Shown here: one piece after another, positions 1 to 14,379 of the stretch
Layout of the letters: each line of letters begins with the position of its first letter
How positions within the stretch are numbered: the first letter of the stretch is position 1
Origin: Schmidtea polychroa
Taxonomy: Eukaryota
Direction: 5' to 3'
DNA: 64,000 nucleotides
NCBI GenBank assembly: GCA_044892525.1
Contig: CM097885.1
Span: 8,620,001 to 8,684,000, forward strand
The notes under the pieces: generated by a model
What the model saw: only the letters and a program-made list of their open reading frames with translations
What the model was told of the DNA's origin: nothing
Databases searched by the model: none
Made by a program: the position numbers and the translations under genes

Positions 1-1299
1 TTTAGATTAAAATTTATTTTTCCCAATTTTATTTAAAATTTTAAATTATGAAATGAATAAAAAATTATTTTTTCTTAATTTTCAATAATTTTATTTTTTT
101 TAAATAAAAATTTTTTATAAATTTTTTTTTAATTTTTTTTAATTTTTTTTTATAAATTTTCCTCGTTTGTAATATCATATTTAAATATTTATATTTTTTT
201 AAAATTTTTTTTAGATTAAAATTTATTTTTCCCAATTTTATTTAAAATTTTAAATTATAAAATGAATAAAAAATTATTTTTTCTTAATTTTCAATAATTT
301 TATTTTTTTTTAAATAAAAATTTTTTATAAATTTTTTTAAATTTGTTAATTTTCAATAATTTTCAATTTATTTTATTTTATATTTAAAATCATTTTTATT
401 TTTATATTTTTTTAATCTTTTAATAAATCTTTTAATAATTTTTTTATATTTAAAATTTATTTTTCTTTATTTTAATTTGTTCCTAATTTTATTTAAAATT
501 TAAAATTATAAAATTAACTTTGTCCCTTTTTAAATTAAAATTTTAAATATTATTTTTCTATTTAAATTTTACCATTTTTAAAAATTTGTTCTTAATCCTA
601 TTAAAAATTTTAAAATTATTATTTTATTATTTTTCTTTTCAATAATCTTATATTCTTAAATTTTTCTTTTTGTAAATAAAATTTTTTTAATTTTTAAAAA
701 CATTTAACATATTAATTCTATTTTAAAATTAATTTTTATTTTTTTAAATTAAAATTAAAAATTTTTTCTTGAATTATTTTTATTTTTATATATATTTAAA
801 AAATTAATTTTTCTTTTTATAATTCTATTTAAAATTTAAAAAATTATTTTTCTATATATTTTAATTTATTTATAAAGATTTGGAAATAAAGTGGAATTTT
901 GAATTTTTCTCAATGTTTTCAGTCAATACCTTGAGTTATTGGATGAAAGGACAAAAGAAGAAAAAGAGAAATGAAAAAAGAATTCAAGGAAAAAAGAAAT
1001 AAAATTGTGGGGAAAATAATTTATATTGAATCATTTTTTATTTATTTTCAATATTTATTTTTAATATGTAGCAATAATTCTTGAGACTTGAGAAGAAACT
1101 AATTGTCAAAGATTTAATGTCAAAGATTTAATGAAGACTAAAATACTGTTGCGGGAAAGTACAAAACTTAATTTAATTTGTATATTAGTATAAAAATGAT
1201 TTTTCTTAGGGCTGATTTTTTATAGGATGGGATTCCCAAATAATTTAAAAGGGGGAAATTAAATATTATTTAATTAGTATAATAACCAAAGAAACATAC

Positions 1300-4200
1300 G
1301 TTCAATTTTCATCGTATGCCTAATAGCCCATAGCGCCCATAATAAAATAGCTCGTGACGATTCTCCCCTTTTAATGAGATTCTCGAACGGAGAAAATGAT
1401 CGGTAACTGGCCATGAGGAAGTTTGGAGTGACCCATGATTCGACTGCAGTATACTGAAATAATGTTTAGCGAAATTCATATCATATCCTAAATGCATTTC
1501 ACGCAACTATAAAAGTAGTAAAACATACAATGCAATTCTCGTAAAATGACTTGTCCAATTCGCATTTCTCTTTCCATTCGAGGTTACTTATTAGTAGTAG
1601 ATTTGAAAGAATACCTCCGGCGAAATATGTCATTTGAATGTCTTCTTGAACGAGCATTTTACTGGAAATTAATTACTTTTGAAGTAGTGATACATGGATT
1701 TGTGAAATTTTTAATCAAAGAGTCACTGGCGTAGCTACCTCACTTAATTTACGCGTGTAAACTATGTGGTTTATCAAAAAAAAACCAAAATAGGTCGTTA
1801 AAGTTGCCTGAATATATTGCATTTGCGTATAATCACCAATTATAATGTTTATAATAAAATAAATAACAAAATGAAATTATAATTATAATTATCAAATTAC
1901 AATAAAAATATAGCTATTTTTTAAATTTAAAATCAAGCAATATAAAAATCAAATATAAAAATATATAAATCGATCACAGAAATCATCAATTTAAAAGTTT
2001 CTTAATTTAATTTAATTCTTAATTTAATTAATTCACGCGCGTGAATAACGGTTGGATAAGTGTTCAATATTTGAATTTCGGGTTCATAAGTTAATCGAGA
2101 TAATAAAGAGGAACAATTTACTTTAATTTAGAATTGCTATATAATTTTCATTATTAACGTAATGAATTGCGACAAAATCGTTTAGTCAATGCATTGTCCG
2201 GAAATGCTAGTTCATGTGATGTTTACGAGATTGTAAATAACACGTAAAATTAATTAAGGAAATTCATAAACCAATAAGAGATAGAAAATATTTCAAAAAT
2301 GCTTAAAGCTATTTTTATATAAATAATTTATATTTATATAGTGTAGTGTCTGTGACTTGCGACACCAAATTGACCGATCATAGAAATCGATAGAAATTCC
2401 ATGAGAGCTTTGATACCTGATATGGCGATTGTTTATGAGTTCAGCATGTCAAAGTATTGTAATCTATATCTGGATTTTTGGCTATTCAAGACTTATTGGC
2501 CGGTCAAGAGTATCACTAGCATTGGAAATCAATCCTCTAAGGAAGATTTCTTTGTGTTGATGATCAAGCTTATCAACTGAGTTTACTTATGTATCGCGTA
2601 TGTATGCACATTAAGTATTGCTTGTAATTTTTCTGTTGGGTTATTGATTTATTTATTTGTTCTAAAGAAATTCTTGTTTTAAAAGAAGTTTCGCGGATAT
2701 TTTGAGAATAAAGATTTTTAAAAACTTTCGTTTTCATTATGAAATGGTGTAATTTAAAGAATGAATATGAATTCATATGTGTTGAAAATGATATTAAATC
2801 TAAAGATATATTTTTTCATGTTAAATCTATCCCATCTTTTCTTTCAATATTCCCAGAGTTGACAGATGATCCATGACTCGAATTATGTTGGATAAATTTA
2901 ATGCACCAATGATATGTTTCAATGATAGACTTATAATTATAAGATCCTATATCACATATATTATTTATAAAATCTTCTCAAGTGGTGTTGCTGTTCGAAT
3001 TTACCAGTGGCGATGTTTGAAACAAGCATTAAACTTATTTTTTTGATTATTTAATCAATCATTTTAATTTGATTAATTTAATGTATTTTAAATTTAATTA
3101 TTAAATTGATATATTTATTAATTTGCATGTCTACAATGACTATAATGAATATATTGGATTTTCATTGAATATTTGATGCTACAGTATTTTTATAAATATA
3201 TTTTTTGTCATGATAAAAAATGTACTACACAAAAGTGCATAAATTGACCATGAATAAATATTATTTGAAATAAAGATAAAAATTGAGGGCGTTGACCGTG
3301 GAAAGGTAAAAATACAAACATATCCTACACACAACAACCCTATAAAAATTTATTATTTATAAGTATGTAATGCAGTGGAACAATGCAAATTATAATTTAT
3401 TTAAAAATGGCAACTTAAAACTTTTTTAGAAATTATGGAAAATATAGGAGAAACGCATCGAAAACCCAAAATATCTAAATACTCAGAAATTAATATAATA
3501 AAAATGATTTATCGAAGTCAAGAAACAAGGAGAAAATTACTGCGATTACATAAAAAATTCCCTATTTTTTCGTAATTGAAATCCTTTTAGAAAAGCTTCA
3601 AATATGTGTTTAAACGACAATTTAATAAGTCTTACCGTTTTCAATTATCAATCATAAATGTAATGAAATTCATAATATATACAAAATTTTGATGTGAAAT
3701 ATAACTATTAACTATCAAGTTTCCCCTAATATTTGTCTTTGCTGCGCATAATTAACCCTTTCTAAGGCAAAGGAAACTAAAAGTGATGTAGGTCACACAC
3801 ACTTGTCTGTCAGTTGTCAATAAATATAGCGGGGAAACAAATACTATAAATTTGTTTTCTTGTGGCTCAATATATGCCAGTAGTTGTACCAAAAATAAAA
3901 ATGATTACACTTAGATATTTTTATTAGTTTAAAATGGTGTACAGTATATTGCCACCACCTTAGAAAGGGTTAATAGGCTTTGAAGAGTACCGCGTGGAAT
4001 TATTTTTCTTTCGTACTAAAATATTCTATCTTTCTATATTGAATGCCCTTATTTACTGTCCATTATTATTGACATTCACTATAGACGAGGTTTTATATAT
4101 TGTTAATAAATTACTGACAAATATAATAGTTGTTATTAGGGCTGTTATTATAATAACATACATTTATAACTGATTATGTTTCAGATACACACATAATTAA

Positions 4201-7200
4201 CTACTTTTTATCTTATTGACAAATTCCCTTATTTAATGTCACCTAAGACTATATCTGCAACAATTTATGTAAGCCCTTATATTTCAGTATACATACAATA
4301 AAGGAACTATAATGCATAGTGTTGCATAATTGTAACAAAACGCCATTGTGTTTTCAAATTATTCTAATAGATGTCTCTGTACACGTGACATTGACTTTTT
4401 TGAATTTAGAAAAATCATGCATTTAAGGGTTAAGTGGAATTTCATAAATCTTACCGCTGTTAAAAATCAATCATATAAATCCAATCAAATTCATAATAAA
4501 TACGAAATTTTAATTTTAATAAAAATATTATTAACATTAACATTATTTTAAAAAACTTCGGAAAATTTGAATACAAAATATAATTATTAAACTACCAACT
4601 GCCCGTAATATTTGTCTTCTTCGCCCGTAATGTATGCGTGTGATTAGTATAAATGCAATATTATGTGTTAAATGGGTGAGGAGTAGGGGAACAGCAAGCA
4701 ATCGAACTTATGAATGCCATGTTACGGCAAATATGGTTAAACCTGGTGAATACTGAATTATTAAAAAATTTCCATTGAAAATGGAGAATGAAATTATTAA
4801 TATGGGCATTGCGAGGGATTTTAATAATAATTTTATAGATAATAGAAAATAGAATTACCCCAAGAAATTGAGGTATTCTTCTCGCAACAATGCCGATCTG
4901 CATTCTTCTTCTTCCGCAATATTATTCTGCAATTCAAATGAATAAAACGAATACATCAAAATAATGAATTGATATAAATTAGATTATTATTTATTATTTT
5001 ATTAATATTTATTATAATTATTATTATAATTATATTTATAATTGTTATTAATATTATTATTGAATTAATATTTGTTACCATAATTTTATTTATTATATCA
5101 ATATTTTTTAATTATTATTATTTTAATATTTTATTAATTATTATTTTATTAATATTTATTATTATTTTAATTATATTTATAATTGTTACTGATATTATTA
5201 GTATTATGATTATTATTATTTGTTATTAATATTTATCATTATTTTAATATTTTATTAATATTTATTTATAATTGTTATTGCTATTATTTTTTTATTAATA
5301 TTAATTATAGTATAAAGGACTTAATAATAATTATTAATAAAAATTCAATAGAAAAAGCAAAAACTGTCTGGGGGAGAAGAGGTGCAATATTTATTAATTA
5401 TTCCTTTTTTACGTCAAGTTTGTCTGGAAATGCAAGAAACGACACCGCGTGAAATTTTAAAATTACTATAATTAATAATTATTAATATCGTATTAATTTA
5501 CTATTTATTTTTTTGTTAATTTATAATCATCATTAGTTTTATTTTAATTATTTATTTATTATTATTTATTATTACAATTTAGATTATTTGTCACAAGCAT
5601 TTTGCGTAAATAGCTGTTATGAATATTAATATTTGTTACCATAATTTTATTTATTATATCAATATTTTTTAATTATTATTATGTTATTAATATTTATTAT
5701 TATTTTAATATTTTATTAATATTTATTATTATTATTTTTTATAAATACAAACTTCAATTGAAAAGAAATCAGAGGTGAAAATTGAAAAGTTCTTATAATT
5801 TTATTAATTTTTTAATTATAGTATAAAGGACTTTTGAAAATATTAGGAACTTAAATATAATAATCATTATTAATAAAAATTCAATAGAAATAACAAAAAC
5901 TGTCTGGGGGAGAAGAGGTGCAATATTTATTAATTATTCCTTTTAATGTCAATTTTGTCTGGAAATGCAATTCTTGCAAAACCAAGTGCTCATTAAAAGA
6001 AACGACACCGCGTGAAATTTTAAAATTATTATAATAATAAAAATATAAATAATAATAAATTATTTTTTTTATTTTAATTATTTATTTATTATTATAGTAT
6101 CGATATTATCATAAACAATTTAGATTATTTGTCACAAGCAATTTGCGTAAATAGCCGTTATACCAAAAATCGATCAATAACTCACCAACAGCCCGAGACA
6201 TTTGTTGTAAATGTGTGAATTGATTGTTGTCGGTGAACTCTTGAACTTATCAATCATTATGAAGTAGACAAGGAGTCCTTGTTGCTCAACGAATTTCCTG
6301 CAAGCTGCTGTGCACTCATCGGTCAAATTCCACAACGAACTGAGAGTGAATTTCAAAATGAAATCGAAAATCGGCTCTCCAGATTCCCGCAACCTCGGCC
6401 GGATCTTTGCGAGATACGATTTGCTATCGACCGATTCGAGATCTGATTGAAGGACGCAACGGCGGCATATCAATCGCAAAAGGATTTGAAAGTTCAAATC
6501 ATCATTGACCAGCTGTCGCAACTCAGATTTCGTCAGTTCCGATGCGATAACCGATATGATAATGACTCCAGCCTGATTGATGTTCTCGATATCGTAGAGC
6601 TGCATGCCTTTGAATATGAGCTGGCTCAGCTTGAGTTTGTCATAGATTGCGTTCTGGATGATGTAATCGTTACAGATGACGAGGAAAATGTTCACCACCA
6701 GCTGCTGGTTGATATCGGGCGTGTCGAGATAGATAATCAATAATCGGACAATTTCCGACAGCTGGGAAATCGACCATTTCTCTGCATAGCTACCCTTGGT
6801 CAGATTGTACACCACAGCCGTTACTGCAATCAACCATTCGTGTTTGTGCGGTTTGATGGTGCGCATGTGGCTGATTATTGTCGAATTGAGAGTTTCATTG
6901 AAGAACGGGGAGCTTTTCGTTTTGTCGAACAGCAAATGAAGCGATGTCGTCAGATAGTGTTTGTGCTTGAGAGAATAAATAAGGCAGTTTAAGATAGTGA
7001 TTTTTGTAAACGCACCAATGAATGTGATTTGGGGATTTTCTTTGATGAATCTTTTCCATTCCGGGCTATTGGAAATCTGATGATTGGCGGAATCGGGATT
7101 GTAAATGAAATATTTCAGCTGAGTTGCTTTATTCAACATTGTCAAAAGCGTTCTCGTTTTGATGTTGTTTTGATTGCCAGAAAAATCCAATAATCGAACG

Positions 7201-7934
7201 GATTTCAAAAATTTACTCGAAAGAATATCCGAATCACTACCGATTTCTATTTTCTCCGGGTCGTTGTGAGATAAATCCAAATATCGCAATTTTGTCATGT
7301 TTTTCAGGATGGAAAGGATGTTGATAAAAGCTCGAGAATCTAACATGTGAATGTCTAAAAACTCCAGTCGATTTTCAATATATGAAAGACATGATAAATC
7401 GAGAACTGTTGTTTCGGAAATATTTAATCCAACCAATGATTGGAATGATGTACATATTTGTTTCAAATGGTTTGAAGTGAGACCGGTTTTAGATAAATCC
7501 AAAAATTTCAAATTTGTTAACTGGGTTAAAAGTATAAGAGGATATTGCTTTATGGCAACTTTGCGTAGTTTTAAATACTTTACTTTGTTTTTTGTGAAAT
7601 CATTGAAATTTTCTAAAAAAACTTCCATTTCACATGACGTAGATCGAGAAGAAAAAGACGATAAGTTAAACTGTTTTAAAAATTCATAATCTCCCATTAC
7701 TGCAGAATCCAAAGTGATATTCGATATACTGGATATAATTGGGGCAAAATATCCTAATAAATGCCGATAATTTTTTGTTAGTAATATTCTTTTCAAAAAC
7801 TTTTGTGAAGCACGCTCTGGTAGGGTTACATTTTTAATGTATGCATAATATACTTCCAAATCATTTTCTAGCAATTGAAATGACAGGTTAAAAAACTTTT
7901 CTATGCACAAATCTTCTAAATTCCCGACAAGCAT
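1300..7934 (-). CDS. zyg-11: ZYG-11-like LRR + armadillo substrate receptor of CUL2 ubiquitin ligase; multi-exon, 3' end probably beyond the window start
   Basis: Exons inferred from GT-AG and phase: 7934-6186, 4926-4859, 1661-1529, 1453-1300. LRRs (LKFLDLSKT, LRYLDLSHN), LKFTLSSLWNLTDECTAACRKFVEQQGL, GLL|NNIAE, TYFAGGILSNL and ASYRSFSPF..LWALWAIRH match ZYG11 better than ZER1. Confidence 0.9.
2361..2585 (-). pseudogene. hsp90: Decayed HSP90 N-terminal ATPase-domain fragment inside a zyg-11 intron
   Basis: Reading across frameshifts and deletions gives QLISLIINT, KEIFLRGLISNASDTLD, AELINN, SGIKALME and ISMIGQFGV in HSP90 order. Confidence 0.85.
3756..3969. mobile_element. piggyBac-type MITE
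   Basis: TTAA|CCCTTTCTAAGG...CCTTAGAAAGGG|TTAA; related copy at 34893-35119. Confidence 0.85.
5285..6160. repeat. Intronic diverged direct duplication (about 5285-5620 and 5800-6160)
   Basis: Shared blocks such as AAAAACTGTCTGGGGGAGAAGAGGTGCAATATT and GAAACGACACCGCGTGAAATTTT occur twice. Confidence 0.75.
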
Positions 7935-8844
7935 CTAAAATACAAAGATTAAATGAAGCATTTTACTATTTTAAGGCAATAATTTAATTTTAACAAGTAA
8001 ATATTGACATTGTTTATTAATGGAAAAACTTTTAAATTAAAGTATTAAAAATAGAAATATTTTAAATATTATAACAAACTTTTATTGTTTAAAATATCAT
8101 AAATTAAAATTTTAAATTACATTAATTTTCAAAATTTTAATGTTTCTATAATAACTATACTATATAAAACACACAAGCTATTGAATTGTTGAAAATTTAT
8201 TTCAAATAATAAAAAATTCTCTAATAAAAAATTACAAGCTTACGAAGAAATTTACATTTTTAAAATATAACATTTTGAAAGCCTCAGAAGAGAAGACAAT
8301 ATTTTATCCAAAGATTCAGTCGTTTGCACTGTCATTGAGTAGTTTATCTTGGCTAAAATACTTAATTAATATAGTATTGTAGCTAGTGATTGATCCTGTA
8401 AATTTATTGTATTCAAAAATATAAACTTTTCTATCTAGGGACGCGTGGAGTCAGAAAATAAAATTCTACTTGAAAAATAAACCCAACAATCTAAATATTC
8501 TTCTTTACTTATTTATAACATATAAAATAATTTCCTAATCAAATTTATTGGTTTTTAATACCTTTGCTATAATATGCAGCTAGAAATAGTTCTCAAAATT
8601 ATTTTTACTAAGTTTGACTTGATATTAAAATCTCTTTAAGATGATATTTGCTTTTACTATAATTAATATTTATAAAATTTTTTTATCTATACACCAGTTG
8701 CCAATTGATAATCATCTAAGTGGCATTGATTAGACTTTTGATAATATAAATATTAACTTACTTATAACAAATTTGTGTGTGTGTCATAGCTAGAAGTGAC
8801 ATTGAATAAGCTTTGCGATTTAAAAAGGCTCTTACACTATAGAA

Positions 8845-10783
8845 CAACGGTGGGCAAATGCGGCTCTTCGTTGAGTAAACTGCGGCTCATTGATAATTGA
8901 ATTCTTGATAATCGAATTCGATTTTTTATTTTGAAATTTTTCACTAAATGTTTTGAGAAAAAATTTTTTGTTGCAATTGTATTTTCATAAATGTCAAAAA
9001 TTAACGAAACATTGTTTTTCATATTTTACTGCTTTTTAAAATTATTTTGTAGTAGGCGGCGCTTTGTTATAACAACGAGAGAGAAGAATCAAAAATAAAT
9101 TTAGTGAATTTTGATTGGTTATTATTTTGTTTGTACAAGATTGCGGTCGTTTGTATATTTTAGTATAGTTTTCTATTCGTGTTTTTTGAAAAATTTGGTA
9201 AGAAGATTTTTTTATGAAGCATTTTAAAATTTTAAACTAATTAAAATTAAATTAATGTCTTTTTATTATTTTGTTTAAATTTCAGCCATATAGTTATTTA
9301 AATTTATTATTATAATGACATCAGAAAACATCAAAAAACGAAAATACAGACAAGAAAATAGAACTTTTCAAGAAGAATGGACAGAAAAGATTTTTTTTAT
9401 TGACAATAATGGTAAATCGTTGTGTCTTATTTGTAAAGGTACAATTTCCAACTACAAAGTAACCAATTTACGTCGACACTATGAAGTACGTCATCCACAC
9501 TTATCAATTCAATATCCACTCAATTCAAACTTGCGGACAGAAAAACTTAAGTCATTGCAATCAGGGCTTCAAGCCCAACAAGGACTATTATCTACTTTTA
9601 GTCGAGAAGATGACAGTGCCAACGAAGCTAGTTTTTTGATAGCTTGGAATATAGCTCGTGCTAAACGTCCATATGGAGAAGGTGAATTTATTAAGAGAAA
9701 CTTGGAAGAAGTGATTAAAGTTTTGGATCCGCACAACTCAAAATTACATAAATTGATCTCACGTATTCCTATTTCACGTCGTACAACTGAGCGTCGAATT
9801 GGCCAAATTAGCGAAAATGTTTAAAATAATTTGATGTGTGATTTAAAAAATTGTACAGCATTCAGTTTAGCTCTCGACGAGTCTACTGACATTCAGGATG
9901 TTCCACAATTAGCCGTGGACATTATGGAACATTTGCAAACATTAAATTTGGCTTTACAAGGAAAAGAAAAGATAATTATTGATTTGTCACAAACGTTATT
10001 TAGTTTTGAAGCTAAACTTCGGCTTTTTGTGAACGATCTTAGGTCGAAAATATTTAATCATTTTCCACGAATAAAAGCTAATATAATTGATATTACAGAA
10101 GAAAAAGTAAACGAATACAGTGAAAAATTGGAAGAATTGCAAGCGGATTTCAAATGTAGGTTTCAAAATTTATAAATCTACATTTGCATTTTTTGTGAAC
10201 CCATTTATTTGTGATATTATTGAAGATGGATTTCCAATTTCTGAAGTAATACTTGTTAAAAAAGCGGTTGGGGAATTGGAGTTATTAGATATGAAAGAGG
10301 ACCAGGCTTTGCAAATGCACCATAAATCTACTTCTATAGTTGAATTTTGGAAACTCGTACCAGAGGCAAAATATCCACACTTAAAACAAGCTGCTTGCCG
10401 TCTAATTTCAATTTTTGGTACAACATATTGCTGTGAATCTTTGTACTCCACAATGAAGTTCGTAAAGTCGAAATATCGTTCACAGTTGACCAATCAGCAT
10501 CTTACAGAATTGCTGCGAACAGCTTTAACAAAGTATACACCAAATTTCAAAAATTTGACCAAAAGTCTTCGTTAATTCAAGAAATTTTATTACTTTTTAT
10601 TAATGGATTTTTATGTTTGTTACTTAATGTTTGAAATAATTATTTTGTTTTTTTTTAATAGTGTTTAAGTCTCTTTAATCAAATTAATGAAATAAAAAAA
10701 AATATGTACTTTACTATGGTGGCTCTGTAAAAAATAAATTTTCGGAAAATGGCTCTTATTGAACCCATGCGTGCCCACCCTTG
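8845..10783 (+). mobile_element. hAT DNA transposon (Charlie/SPIN/GTF2IRD2-like), internally deleted
   Basis: TIRs CAACGGTGGGCA / TGCCCACCCTTG; perfect 8-bp TSD CTATAGAA on both sides. Confidence 0.92.
9315..10575 (+). pseudogene. hAT transposase, disrupted
   Basis: BED-like CLIC..LRRHYEVRH, DESTD and IFGTTYCCESLYS dimerisation region; stop at 9822-9824, frameshift near 10170, and a large in-frame deletion at QLAV|DIMEHL. Confidence 0.9.
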
Positions 10784-11334
10784 CTATAGAAAGATAGAAA
10801 ATTTCACTGTTGAAAAAAATTAAATACACACAAACATGGTTCACAAAATTTATATAATAAAAAATACATACAATATGACATTGAATAAGTTTATGGACAT
10901 TTAATAAGTTTTAAAATTTTCAATTTTAAAACAATTAATTATAAACATGTGTGAGCATATTTCAAAATGCTTCTTCAGAATCGAATATTCCATAGGAAGA
11001 AATTCATAGAAATGTGTAAGTTTTTCACTAAACTATAGTTATTTTATAAAATCTTTATATAGAATAACCATTGCTGATAAAAAAGGATCATTAAACCAAT
11101 GGAAGATGGCCATGATTATTGCGAACTAGGCAATCAACAATTCTTACACTAATTATTGGACAGAAATAACTCGACCAAGTAGAAAGAAATTATTATTTCA
11201 CATTAAACTAAATGAAATTGTTTTTAGCAACAAATCAAAATGTTGACATTTCAACAAAGACAATTTCCAGATACCTAAATAAAGTTTAAAAGTGTAACGA
11301 AAATGTTTATATTATTTTAAAAAATTTTTGTTTT

Positions 11335-12135
11335 CTGAGTGTCTTGATTTGTGTTCGGATTTTCGTAGTGATTATACAATTTTATTAATTGATTTTTGAA
11401 AATTGGATGAAGTTTATAAAAATAAAAATTGTGTGTTTTTAAATATCGCAGTATGTATTTATAATTTGTTGCTAAATTTTGCTTAATATTTAAATGATTA
11501 AAATTTTTCATAAATGTTTTTGTTATTAGCCACATGCAACAAAGAAAGTAAAAATTTCTCTAACAAAGAAAAAAATTACTTGAAAATGCAGTGCCGAAAA
11601 TTCGTGAATATAAAAAAAACATCGATATATTTACTGATTATAGTTATTTAAATACAATGTCAATTGAAAAGACATCAGAGGTGAAAATTCTAAAATGTTC
11701 TTATAATAAGACAGAAAAAGAAATTGTGGGACTTCATTTTGCACTAGGGAAATTATGCGGAGAAATGCATGGATTGTATGTGGTGCCCCCATTTTATAGA
11801 AGTTTGCATATTTATCTATAAAATATTAAAAATTTATATATTTATGTTAAATATTTATATTAAAAAATTTACTAAGAGAAAAAAAGGTTTGTTTAAATAA
11901 TCAGAAACTAGAAACATGCGCACTTTTAAGAAGAAAAAGGAAAGGATGAAGCTCAACAATACAGAAGTATTCAGTCAGTATTGCAGCCAAATCACGATCA
12001 CAATTCTATGATTAATAAATTTTTTATTTTATTAGTTACAATATTGTAATAGAATTTTAAAATCCAACGAAATATTACAAATAATGGAATGTTTAATAAG
12101 CTAAATATAATGGCAATTATTATAACTATTTTATG
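11335..12135. repeat. About 800-bp dispersed repeat, inverted relative to 28400-29179
   Basis: Blocks such as AATAATCAGAAACTAGAAACATGCGCACTTTTAAGAAGAAAA and GGGACTTCATTTTGCACTAGGGAAAT recur as reverse complements near 28.6-28.8 kb. Confidence 0.85.
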
Positions 12136-12493
12136 TTAAATTAAATTGAAAAACAATTAAAAAAATACTTAAATAAACATGGTAAAGATTTTATTAACAA
12201 AAATGGCCATTCGTAAATCTTTTTTACTATATATTTCGATAGCATCACTATCATCATCAGGTTACCTACATTCACGACGGATGAATAACTATACAATATT
12301 GATAATTTATAAACAATTTATAAAATCTATAAATTTTTAAATTTAAATAACAATTTTAAATAATTATTTTTAAAAATAATTTTCAACAATCAATTATTTT
12401 ATACTTTTAAAATTCTTTAAAAATTTTATTTTAATTATTTAACATAACTATTATTCAATATACATCAACATACAAAAATTTAATTAAAAACAT

Positions 12494-13320
12494 TCAACAC
12501 ACACGTATTCTTGACACGTATTCAAACTGCAGATTGATTTTAGGAATAAAAGTTCTTATCAATAATGCTTCACATATCACACGCTCAAAACAATTATCAG
12601 AATTTTTTGATAAGATTTTAAAATTCGACATCACTAATTCTCTCATACAAACTTTATTATGATCCTTAATATTGGACACTCCCTTCGGTCGACAATTGTT
12701 CTTGAACTCGAGTACAGAGATGACAGGAAGTCTCTCCAATGTATGTGGCATTACACCAATTACATGTGAATCGATAAACGAGATCCGAACACAATGCAAC
12801 CTGCGTTTGAGATTTATTAACAAACATACTACTTACTTTGCATGATTTTGAAACAATTCTATAATTCAATTTACCAACCTGTTTACCAATCTTTCTTTAG
12901 AAATCTATCCTTCAGAATACGGCAATACCATCGTATATTTTGGCTCATCTTGTTGGTTAGTATCAATATTCATATTCACTACATCATTCGACATATCAGT
13001 CAATTTACATTCATTCATACTACGATTCTTAGCATTATTCATACATTTATCAACAATCTCCTTCAACATTAACAATAAAAACCGTTTTGATTAGCCATTC
13101 TTCACCAGTAATCCAACTAATTTATCTACACTTTTTACTGAATTTTTAAAAGTAGAAGATAAGCACCATGATCGATAAACCAATCCTTTCACCATATTTC
13201 TTTTATATTTAAATTCACAAAAACTCTCTAGGGTAGTATAGAGGCCGGTATCTGTTGGTTTTCTATAAATTTCTGTCTCATATTGTTCATCTTTAAATTT
13301 AATTAACAAATCAAGAAATG
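12494..13320 (-). mobile_element. Penelope-like retroelement, 3' part (RT C-terminus + GIY-YIG endonuclease), frameshifted
   Basis: FLDLLI..IYRKPTDTGLY..KGLVYR and VYRFTCNWCNATYIGETSCHLCTR..EALLIRTFIPKINLQ. Confidence 0.85.
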
Positions 13321-13322
13321 CT

Positions 13323-13550
13323 ATGGATGTGATTAATAATAATGTGATTAATATGAGTAAGATTGTTCTGCCTAATGAAGAGCTACGTATTTTAAAATAT
13401 GGTCCTAACCATTGCATAAAAAATAGGATTGATGAAAATAAATTGCGTGCAAAAATCGAATGTGTTTATTATAATATATGTAAATCAAAGAAGGATGTTG
13501 ATCTACTTACGATAAAAAGTATGCTGAGTGCAATTACGATTGAGTATATT
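13323..13550 (+). mobile_element. Penelope-like element N-terminal fragment, opposite orientation
   Basis: VINMSKIVLPNEELRILKYGPNHC resembles the VINLS..L...E..VL.KG..F pre-RT motif of Penelope-like elements. Confidence 0.65.
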
Positions 13551-14379
13551 GTGTTGGGCTAGAACTGATTTTTTTTTCAAAAATACATCAAATAAACAAT
13601 ATTAACAAAGTGCAAAACAACAAAAATATAAACACTGAAATTAAATAAAATGATACAAATGCAAGAAGTATTTCAAGAAAACTGACTCAAACATAACAGA
13701 GAAACATAAAAAATTTACAATAACAGACTCGAAGGACATAGAAAGATAGAATAATACTAAATTCTAGATGAAATTCCAGAACAGTTCTTAAAAATGGCGA
13801 CATCCATCATAAAAGCCATGTAAATCAACAAAAGTTAGTAAAAATAAATAAATTAGTTTTGAAAATAAAAATTGGGAAAAAGAATTTAGGAAAAACAACA
13901 TCCAAATAAAAATTAACTTAAATTTAATATAGAATGTTCTGGAATTGCTCCAAATCCATCATGGAGGTAAATTTAACAAAAAATAATTAAAGAATAAAAA
14001 TTTAAAAATAAAAATAAAAATTATGGCACTAAAATTGCCATTAAAATCATCAAAAATAGAAAATAGAAAATTCTAGAATAAAAAGAATTCGGGTTTGTTT
14101 TAATGCATCAATACATACACGTGTACTTGCACACACAAAAATATATACCAACGCATTTCAGTCACAAAAACACTCTTTATGCCAAAAAAGTTTTTTTGTT
14201 ACTATCTTGAAAAATTAAATCGGAAAGCAGCAGTAAGAATGTTATTTTGTTTGTTATTATATATTTATATCATGCTTAATAATATAAATTTGGGAGATGA
14301 CTTTTAATTTTTTATTGAGTATGTAAGAGGGGTCAAAATTGATCTGAATATTCTTCGATTTTGATCCGTCTTACATCCA

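Noticed and set aside
1507..1528. Apparent 22-nt GT-AG intron joining to ORF 1309-1506
   Set aside because: The acceptor at 1454 gives the conserved ZYG11 YRSF/LWALWA frame; the short option gives no homology.
4630..4645. 16-bp match ATGTATGCGTGTGATT to 26145-26160
   Set aside because: Isolated, with no flanking similarity; probably chance.
6447..7689. Plus-strand ORFs 6447-6743 and 7351-7689
   Set aside because: Antisense shadows of the zyg-11 exon; the same applies to shadows over pPolB, integrase, TBP and CHD exons.
14322..14375. 21-bp imperfect hairpin TGTAAGA...TCTTACA
   Set aside because: Too short to classify; no TSD or second copy seen.
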